DNA from: Macrostomum lignano
Taxonomy: Eukaryota
Direction of reading: 5' to 3'
Assembly (NCBI GenBank): GCA_002269645.1
Contig: NIVC01000978.1
Location: 248,001-312,000, forward strand
DNA length: 64,000 nt
Made by a program: the position numbers and the translations under genes. Under the pieces are notes generated by a model. That model had not been told where the DNA came from and did not search any database. It saw only the letters and a program-made list of their open reading frames with translations. Of this stretch, positions 1 through 9,700 are shown piece after piece. Every line of letters starts with the position of its first letter. The stretch's first letter is position 1.

Positions 1-227
1 TCAATTTTCATGACCACACGGTCAAATTTAAAAACTTTTGCTTGTCGCTGCAAATTGGCAATGTATATATGTAGATGTCAAATTCAAACATAGTTAATTG
101 ACTCCAGCAGACAATAAGGCGGCACACGAAATCGCTGCACAACCTTTCCTCTCCTTATTTTATCATAATTGTCTCGTTTATTATATTGCAAATGTCTATT
201 CTGTAATAAGTATTTATGAAACTTCAG

Positions 228-578
228 GTCCAAGAGCAGCTGAAGAGCTCAGACCGAGGCACTCTAAAGAAGGGCCTGCTGGACATGCTTCGGCGGAAAC
301 TGCGCGAACTCGGCCGGAACTGGACCGAATACGGACCGCAGTTTAAAGGCAAATTCTACGACATACCGGAGCTGCTGCCCCGGATCGAGCCCCATCCGGA
401 CTCCGCTCTGCCAACGTTCAGCATGGACGAGACCGCGGCCGCCGCGTCAGCCAAGACTGAACTAGTGGAACCCGATCCTATGGGACCTGCACCCCACGTA
501 GCCATGGATGTGGAAGTGCCAACAAGTGGAAATCAACCGGAAAGTCAACTGGAATTGGCATCGGAACATCAAGATTAG
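228..578 (+). CDS. Probable terminal coding exon of a gene starting upstream of the window; product unknown
   Basis: Acceptor ttcag ends at 227 and an in-frame ORF (VQEQLKSSDRG...SEHQD*) runs to TAG at 578 with GC-rich codon-like composition. No family motif recognised. Confidence 0.4.
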   Translation, partial: VQEQLKSSDRGTLKKGLLDMLRRKLRELGRNWTEYGPQFKGKFYDIPELLPRIEPHPDSALPTFSMDETAAAASAKTELVEPDPMGPAPHVAMDVEVPTSGNQPESQLELASEHQD

Positions 579-999
579 CTGGAAATACAAAGGAATCAGA
601 ATCGAAGCTTGAAGTGTCATTTGCAATTAATTTCGAAAATGAAGTTTAGAAGTGATAATAATATTAATAGAAGTAATAAAAGACAGTAAAAATATCGGTA
701 CCGAAAGTTAAATGGAGGCCATCCACGAAAATGGGACAGAAGCTGAAAACAACATTCTCTGAAATAAGGCTGTAAGGGAAAAAATCGTCAGAAAAAAGAC
801 TGGAACTGAAATCGTGGTCTTGGAACAGAAAGAATCGTCGGAAGATATTTAAAAATGATATTTAAAAAATCAGACTGCAAATAGACAAGTTTAAAGAATC
901 CTTATTAATGAAACAGAAACTGATGACTTCCTTGCAAATGAGACATAAGCCGAAGGAATATTTGTACTTGAAGTAAATGAGCCAAACTAAAAGCAATAA

Positions 1000-2165
1000 T
1001 GGAAATGAGACATAAGCTGAAGGCATCCTTGGAAATGAAATAAGAGCTTGAAGACATTCTTGGAAATGAAGCAGAAGCTGAATACATTCTTTGTAATGAG
1101 ACGGAAGCTGAAGACATTGGAAATGAAGCAGAAGCTGAAGACATCCTTGGAAATGAGACGGAAGCTGAAGACATTGGAAATGAAACAGAAGCTGAAGACA
1201 TCCTTGGAAATGAGACGGAAGCTGAAGACATTGTAAATTTAACAGAAGCTGAATACATTCTTGGTAATGAGACGGAAGCTGAAGACATTGGAAATGAAAC
1301 AGAAGCTGAATACATTCTTGGTAATGAAAGGGAAGCTGAAGACATCCTTGGAAATGAGACGGAAGCTGAAGACATTGTAAATTTAACAGAAGCTGAATAC
1401 ATTCTTGGTAATGAGACGGAAGCTGAAGACATTGGAAATGAAACAGAAGCTGAAGACATCCTTGGAAATGAGACGGAAGCTGAAGACATTGTAAATTTAA
1501 CAGAAGCTGAATACATTCTTGGTAATGAGACGGAAGCTGAAGACATTGGAAATGAAACAGAAGCTGAATACATTCTTGGTAATGAAAGGGAAGCTGAAGA
1601 CATCCTTGGAAATGAGATGGAAGCTGAAGACATTGGAAATTTAACAGAAGCTGAATACATTCTTGGTGATGAGACGGAAGCTGAAGACATTGGAAATGAA
1701 ACAGAAGCTGAATACATTCTTGGTGATGAGACGGAAGCTGAAGACATTGGAAATGAAACAGAAGCTGGATACATTCTTGGTAATGAGACGGAAACTGAAG
1801 ACATTGGAAATTTAACAGAAGCTGAATACATTCTTGGTAATGAGACGGAAACTGAAGACATTGGAAATGAAACAGAAGCTGAATACATTCTTGGTAATGA
1901 GACGGAAGCTGAAGACATTGGAAATGAAACAGAAGCTGGATACATTCTTGGTAATGAGACGGAAGCTGAAGACATTGGAAATGAAACAGAAGCTGGATAC
2001 ATTCTTGGTAATGAGATGGAAGCTGAAGATATTGGAAATGAAACAGAAGCTGGATACATTCTTGGTAATGAGATGGAAGCTGAAGATATCCTTGGAAATA
2101 CGACGGAAGCTGAAGACATTGTAAATTAAACAGAAGCTGAATACATTCTTGGTAATGAGACGGTT
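1000..2165. repeat. Codon-phased 27/30-bp tandem repeat (GAAGCTGAAGACATTGGAAATGAAACA and variants)
   Basis: Units are multiples of 3. The + frame reads ETEAEDIGN/ETEAEYILGN without stops from about 1050 to 2129; the - strand is also open (905-2119). Confidence 0.9.
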
Positions 2166-2761
2166 TAATTGCATGGTAACCACCACTGACTCAACTGATT
2201 TTGCAATGTACTAGTAAGTTCAAAGCTTAAACAGAACTCCTAGTTTTAATTTACTAAGCTATCCGATCAAATGAGAGGTTCCTTTGATTTTTTCGCGGTA
2301 AGTGAAACTGACTTTGTGATTTATGCTTTATGCATCGTACGTTCACTATACTCTTTAACTTAATGTTTTTATCCGTAATTTAAAAAAAATTCGTTGTTTT
2401 AACGCTACCAACTCATTGATTTTCCAAACTGTTTAATTTCGAGTATATTTAATACCTTAGCTTAAGCTTAGCTTATTGTACATGTACCTTTTGTCATAAT
2501 ATTCAAACTTGATATAAACCATAGGCTCTCAACTTTAGATGTCATGACTATTAGCGGGACAAAAGTTACGAGCTACTATCCAACTTGCCTTCCCAAGTAG
2601 TTTACGCTAGAAATGTCTGTGCACATCAAAATTCGGCCATTTGTTTAGCGTTAACGCGCTTTTAATCGTGCAGTATTAATTATTCCATTTGTTTGTATTG
2701 TCACTTTATTTTGAAAAAGCTATTTTTAGTTTCCATAACAATAATTAACATAATTAGACTA

Positions 2762-3650
2762 CGTGGGCTGTGCGATACGAAGGAAAGGGTTGGTGTACAG
2801 GTATTGGCTTGGGCTGCGCGATAGGAAGGAAGGGGTGGGCGTTCAGATTTTGTGCTGGGGGCTGCGCTATACGAAGGAAGGGGTGGGTGTACAGATAATG
2901 GCTCGGGGCTGCGCGATAGGAAGGGAGGGGTGAGTGTTCAGATTTTGTGCTGGGGGCTGCGCGATACGAAGGAAGGGGTGGGTGTACAGATAATGGCTCG
3001 GGGCTGCGCGATAGGAAGGAAGGGGTGGGTGTACAGATAATGGCTCGGGGCTGCGCGATAGGAAGGGAGGGGTGGGTGTTCAGATTTTGTGCTGGGGGCT
3101 GCGCGATACGAAGGAAGGGGTGGGTGTACAGATAATGGCTTGGGGCTGCGCGATAGGAAGGGAGGGGTGGGTGTTCAGATTTTGTGCTGGGGGCTGCGCG
3201 ATAGGAAGGAAGGGGTGGGTGTTCAGATTTTGTGCTGGGGGCTGCGCGATACGAAGGAAGGGGTGGGTGTTCAGATTTTGTGCTGGGGGCTGCGCGATAG
3301 GAAGGAAGGGGTGGGTGTTCAGATTTTGTGCTGGGGGCTGCGCGATACGAAGGAAGGGGTGGGTGTACAGATAATGGCTCGGGGCTGCGCGATAGGAAGG
3401 GAGGGGTGAGTGTTTAGATTTTGTGCTGGGGGCTGCGCGATACGAAGGAAGGGGTGGGTGTACAGATAATGGCTTGGGGCTGCGCGATAGGAAGGGAGGG
3501 GTGGGTGTTCAGATTTTGTGCTGGGGGCTGCGCGATAGGAAGGAAGGGGTGGGTGTTCAGATTTTGTGCTGGGGGCTGCGCGATACGAAGGAAGGGGTGG
3601 GTGTTCAGATTTTGTGCTGGGGTTGCGTGATAAGAAGGGAGGGGTGGAGC
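2762..3650. repeat. G-rich ~47-48-bp minisatellite with two unit variants
   Basis: Repeated GGGCTGCGCGATA(G/C)GAAGGAAGGGGTGGGTGT(T/A)CAGAT...; measured period 48 at 3178/3226. Confidence 0.9.
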
Positions 3651-3773
3651 GACTGACAAAAACACAGCAAGGGTCGTCAAGGACTGCTATTTATCTAGGT
3701 AGTTTAATAATTACTCACCTGTCTTGGTGATCTCTTTCAGAGAAGCTAAAAAAGAACCAATTTAATTCCGAAA

Positions 3774-6700
3774 ATGCAGCAGCAGCAGAACCCAGATCTC
3801 CAAGCTGAGCAGCAGCAACAGCAGCAATCAAACCAGCCGGCACGAGCAAGCAATCAAAAGTCGTCTTTCGTTCAATCGGTTCCATTTTATCTGACCGATT
3901 TTCACGATCGCAATTATACAGACGACGATTTAATCGGAGATTTAGAGGCCGATTTAGCCAGGTACAGCGAAGCGGATCAGGTTGAGAGGGAGTTGGCGGA
4001 CAAGCGGCAGCAGGTTCAGCAGGCTAAGCAGAGCTGGCAGCAGGTTCAGCAGGCTAAGCAGAGCTTGCAGCAGCAGAAGGCTTCGACAGTTAGCGTTGAA
4101 AGGCGTCGCCGAGTGCAGCAACGGCAGGTCAGCCATGCCGAGACTCGGACGGCGGCGAAGCGACTGGCCGAGGCCTACCGGCTGGCAACCCTGCTGCAGT
4201 GAGGATTGGGGCCGATTCAGAGTTCAGTGTCAGTTTCAGGTAGTTGAGTGCCAGTTACAGATAGTAGTTGATGTTTCAGGTAGTTAAGTATCAGTTTCAG
4301 GTAGTTGAGTGTCAGTTTCAGGTAGTTGAGTGTCAGTGTCAGGTAAGCGCTAGCTGTGAAGACGCAGTTTCTCCGTTGTATCTTAATTCGCCACTGTCAA
4401 TCACGCCATCTCTTTCGCAGCTTCCTCAAAGTGGAAATGTCCAGAGAAGGGGAGGCAAAAATCTTGGAAGCAGCAGTTTCCGAAGAACTTGGCTGCAGAC
4501 ACCGGCCCTACTTCACCCTGTGGATCACTGGCGTTCACGTGATCCTGTTTGCAGTGTCCCTGCTGATGTTTGGCATTGTGACTCCCGGCATCAACACCGT
4601 TGTTCACCAGGACAAGATTGTGAAGGACAGGCACAATTTCAAGGTTAAGGTTAGTACTGTTTGTCTGTCTGTATGTCTGAGAGATGTCTGTCTGTATGTC
4701 TGAGAGATGTCTGTCTGTATGTCTGAGAGATGTCTGTCTGTATGTCTGAGAGCTGTCTGTCGACTGTATGTCTGAGAGGTGTCTGTCTGTATGTCTGAGA
4801 GATGTCTGTATGCACTGAATTTCTGTAAACGCAATCTGCCGCTTTGCTCTTCAATCGCAGATGTGCACCATAGACTATCCAAACTTTCTGATTGGCCCGC
4901 GACTGCCCGACCTGGTCAGGCTAGGGGCCAAGTACGGACCGTGCATGCGTCGGTACTCGAGTCTGTATAGGGATGTTTTAGATCGGCTGCGATTGGATGA
5001 AGCCGCTAGCGGTTGCTGCATTCATAACGACGGTTCCGCTTGCTATCAGAGTGACATGGCCGACTGTCCGGAGCATTTAGGCACCTGGCTTAAGTGGGAC
5101 AATGCTAGCAGGGTAAGTCACTTTTAAGTAAACTGTATGTATACGACTCGAATGTAAGTTGTAAAGTGATGGTAGCCATATAGAGCTCTATGGGGTGGGG
5201 GTTGGGGAAAAGTGGAGCTCTATAGGGTGTAAGGTTGGGGCAAGTAGAGCTCTATGGGGTGTGGGGTTGGGGCAAGTAGAGGTCTATGGGGTGTGGGGTT
5301 GGGGCAAGTGGAGGTCTATGGGATGTGGGGTTGGGGCAAGTGGAGGTCTATGGGGTGTGGGGTTGGGGCAAGTAGATGTCTATGGGGTGTGGGGTTGGGG
5401 CAAGTGGAGCTCTATGGGGTGTGGGGTTGGGCCAAGTGGAGGTCTATGGGGTGTGGGGTTGGGGCAAGTAGATGTCTATGGGGTGCGGGGTTGGGGCAAG
5501 TGGAGGTCTATGGGGTGTGGAGTGGGGGCAAGTGGAGCTCTATGGGGTGTGGGGTTGGGGCAAGTGGAGGTCTATGGGGTGTAGTGTTGGGGCAAATTGA
5601 GCTCTATGGGGTGTGGGGTAGGGGCAAGTGGAGCTCTATGGGGTGTGGGGTTGGGCCAAGTGGAGGTCTATGGGGTGTGGGGTTGGGGCAAGTAGAGCTC
5701 TATGGGGTGTGGGGTTGGGGCAAGTAGAGGTCTATGGGGTGTGGGGTTGGGGGCAGATGGAGCTCTATGTGGTGTGGTGTGGGGTTGGAACAAATGGAGC
5801 TCTATGGGGTGTGGGGTTGGGGCAAGTGGAGGTCTATGGGGTGTGGTGTTGGGGCAAATTGAGCTCTATGGGGTGTGGGTTAGGGGCAAGTGGAGCTCTA
5901 TGGGGTGTGGGGTTGGGGCAAGTGGAGGTCTATGGGGTGTGGTGTTGGGGCAAATTGAGCTCTATGGGGTGTGGGGTTGGGGCAAGGGGACGTCTATGGG
6001 GTGTGGGGTTGGAACAAATATAGCTCTATGGGGTGTGGGGTTGGGGCAAGTGAAGCTCTGGGGTGTGGGGTTGGGGCAAGTGGAGGTCTATGGGGTGTGG
6101 GGTTGGGGCAAGTGGAGGTCTATGGGGTGTGGGGTTGGGGGCAAATGGAGCTCTATGGGTGTGGGGTTGGGGGCAAATTGAGCTCTATGTGGTGTGGGGT
6201 TGGAACAAATGGAGCTCTATGGGGTGTGGGGTTGGGGCAAGGGGAGGTCTATGGGGTGTGGTGTTGGCAAATGGAGCTCTATGTGGTGTGGGGTTGGGGC
6301 AAGTGGAGCTTTATGGGGTGTGGGGCAAGTGGAGCTCTATGGGGTGTGGTGTTGGGTGCAAATGGAGCTCTATGTGGTGTGGGGTTGGGGCAAGTGGAGC
6401 TCTGGGGTGTGGGGTTGGGGCAAGTGGAGGTCTATGGGGTGTGGGGTTGGGGCAAATGGAGGTCTATGGGTGTGGGGTTGGGGGCAAATGGAGCTCTATG
6501 GGTGTGGGGTTGGGGGCAAATTGAGCTCTATGTGGTGTGGGGTTGGAACAAATGGAGCTCTATGGGGTGTGGGGTTGGGGCAAGGGGACGTCTATGGGGT
6601 GTGGTGTTGGCAAATGGAGCTCTATGTGGTGTGGGGTTGGGGCAAGTGGAGGTCTATGGGGTGTGGGGTTGGGGCAAGTGGAGGTCTATGGGGTGTGGGG

Positions 6701-9700
6701 TTGGGGGCAAATGGAGCTCTATGGGTGTGGGGTTGGGGGCAAATTGAGCTCTATGTGGTGTGGGGTTGGAACAAATGGAGCTCTATGGGGTGTGGGGTTG
6801 GGGCAAGTGGAGCTCTATGGGGTGTGGGGCAAGTGGAGCTCTATGGGGTGTGGGGTTGGGGCAAGTGGAGCTCTATGGGGTGTGGGGCAAGTGGAGCTCT
6901 ATGGGGTGTGGTGTTGGCAAATGGAGCTCTATAGGGTGTTGGGCAAGTGGAGCTCTATGGGGTGTGGGGCAAGTGGAGCTCTATGGGGTGTGGGGTTGGG
7001 GCAAGTGGAGCTCTATGGGGTGTGGGGCAAGTGGAGCTCTATGGGGTGTGGTGTTGGCAAATGGAGCTCTATAGGGTGTTGGGCAAGTGGAGCTCTATGG
7101 GGTGTGGGGCAAGTGGAGCTCTATGGGGTGTGGTGTTGGGTGCAAATGGAGCCCTATGTGGTGTGGGGTTGGGGCAAATGGAGCTCTATGTGGTGTGGTG
7201 TTGGGTGCAAATGGAGCTCTATGTGGTGTGGGGTTGGGTGCAAATGGAGCTCTATGTGGTGTGGGGTTGGGGCAAATGGAGCTCTATGTGGTGTGGTGTT
7301 GGGTGCAAATGGAGCTCTATGTGGTGTGGGGTTGGGTGCAAATGGAGCTCTATGTGGTGTGGGGTTGGGGCAAATGGAGCTCTATGTGGTGTGGGGTTGG
7401 GGCAAATGGAGCTCTATGGGGTGTGGGGCAAGTGGAGCTCTATGGGGTGTGGTGTTGGGTGCAAATGGAGCTCTATGTGGTGTGGGGTTGGGTGCAAATG
7501 GAGCTCTATGTGGTGTGGGGTTGGGGCAAATGGAGCTCTATGTGGTGTGGGGTTGGGGCAAATGGAGCTCTATGTGGTGTGGGGTTGGGGGCAAATGGAG
7601 CTCTATGTGGTGTGGGGTTGGGGGCAAATGGAGCTCTATGTGGTGTGGGGTTGGGGCAAATGGAGCTCTATGGGGTGTGCTGTTGGGGGCAAATGGAGCT
7701 CTATGTGGTGTGGGGTTGGGGCAAATGGAGCTCTATGGGGTGTGCTGTTGGGGGCAAATGGAGCTCTATGTGGTGTGGGGTTGGGGCAAATGGAGCTCTA
7801 TGGGGTGTGCTGTTGGGGGCAAATGGAGCTCTATGTGGTGTGGGGTTGGGGCAAATGGAGCTCTATGGGGTGTGCTGTTGGGGGCAAATGGAGCTCTATG
7901 TGGTGTGGGGTTGGGGCAAATGGAGCTCTATGGGGTGTGCTGTTGGGGGCAAATGGAGCTCTATGTGGTGTGGGGTTGGGGCAAATGGAGCTCTATGGGG
8001 TGTGCTGTTGGGGGCAAATGGAGCTCTATGTGGTGTGGGGTTGGGGCAAATGGAGCTCTATGGGGTGTGCTGTTGGGGGCAAATGGAGCTCTATGTGGTG
8101 TGGGGTTGGGTGCAAATGGAGCTCTATGTGGTGTGGGGTTGGGGCAAATGGAGCTCTATGTGGTGTGGTGTTGGGTGCAAATGGAGCTCTATGTGGTGTG
8201 GGGTTGGGTGCAAATGGAGCTCTATGTGGTGTGGGGTTGGGGCAAATGGAGCTCTATGTGGTGTGGGGTTGGGGCAAATGGAGCTCTATGGGGTGTGGGG
8301 CAAGTGGAGCTCTATGGGGTGTGGTGTTGGGTGCAAATGGAGCTCTATGTGGTGTGGGGTTGGGGCAAATGGAGCTCTATGTGGTGTGGGGTTGGGGGCA
8401 AATGGAGCTCTATGTGGTGTGGGGTTGGGGCAAATGGAGCTCTATGTGGTGTGGGGTTGGGGGCAAATGGAGCTCTATGTGGTGCGGGGTTGGGGCAAAT
8501 GGAGCTCTATGTGGTGTGGGGTTGGGGGCAAATGGAGCTCTATGTGGTGTGGTGTTGGCAAATGGAGCTCTATGTGGTGTGGGGTTGGGGGCAAATGGAG
8601 CTCTATGTGGTGTGGGGTTGGGGCAAATGGAGCTCTATGTGGTGTGGGGTTGGGGGCAAATGGAGCTCTATGTGGTGTGGGGTTGGGGCAAATGGAGCTC
8701 TATGTGGTGTGGGGTTGGGGCAAATGGAGCTCTATGTGGTGTGGGGTTGGGGCAAATGGAGCTCTATGTGGTGTGGGGTTGGGGGCAAATGGAGCTCTTT
8801 GGGGTGTGGTGTTGGCAAATGGAGCTCTATGTGGTGTGGTGTTGGCAAATGGAGCTCTATGTGGTGTGGGGTTGGGGCAAATGGAGCTCTGAACCTACGG
8901 GCAAGAGACCTGCACTTGATTGACTCGTATAACCTTAGATGAGTATCAGCTGATCTCATTGACGCACTCCCTCGCTAAAAAATCGCAGGGACCGGATGGC
9001 CGACTCAGCGGCCCCGTATGCGGAGCGGACCCTCGCACCTGCGATCAGCCGCTGTCGCTTCTCGGCGGTGGCGTCAGCGTCTGGGCCGACGATGTGACTC
9101 GATGGCCGGCCTGCCAGAGGCAGACTCCGCTAGCGCCTGTGCCTGGGGAGTTGAACCACCTGGCCTGTCCGGTCAGCGCCAGGCCCTGTTGCTTCGGCTT
9201 GATCGGTGAGTAGCGATGGTAGATGGGCAATTCACCTGGTTGAACCATTTGGGGGCATTCAATTTGCAAAATAATGCTTTCAGGGATCATGCGAGCGTAC
9301 ATGTAAAGCCGTAAAGACGGTCTCTGACTGTTTTTACCCTGGCTGCCTCTCTGGTAGCTTGTCTTAGGGTTGTGCGCAATCCGATTGGCCTGGCTTCGGC
9401 TAGCCCAATTTTTTAAGGGTCCGCCCGGAGGGGCTGTGCCCATTAAAAAAATAACCCAATTTTTCATTCCAATTATTTCGGCCCTCGGCCCTGGTTTAGG
9501 GGGGGGGGTGTACCTGGAGTGAGTGTGTACTCTGGACTGCAGTGTGGCTAGAACGGGGCTTGAGCCCCCCGGTCGTACCCGCCCTGCAGGAAAGAATGAC
9601 CATTCACGAAGGTTTACGGTAGAGCCTAGTTGATGCCAGCCCTGAGGCTGTGCCCCTGGAAGCAGGTCAGTAAGCAGCCTGCTAAGTAGGGTTCAGGTGC

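Noticed and set aside
5195-8942. Very long Gly/Trp/Val-rich ORFs (up to 801 aa)
   Set aside because: Translations of a stop-poor G-rich minisatellite, open in several frames at once, inside an iRhom intron.
9308-9441. U5 snRNA (CCCAATTTTTTAAGG resembles the U5 Sm region)
   Set aside because: The invariant loop 1 GCCUUUUAC in a stem is absent, and the 5' end fits an SL hairpin better.
9505-9665. U1-snRNA-like snippets (GTACCTGG, ACCATTCACGAAGGT, GAGGCTGTGCCCCTG) in the retroposon body
   Set aside because: Matches are short, spacing is wrong, and there is no U1A loop or Sm site in place; may be chance.
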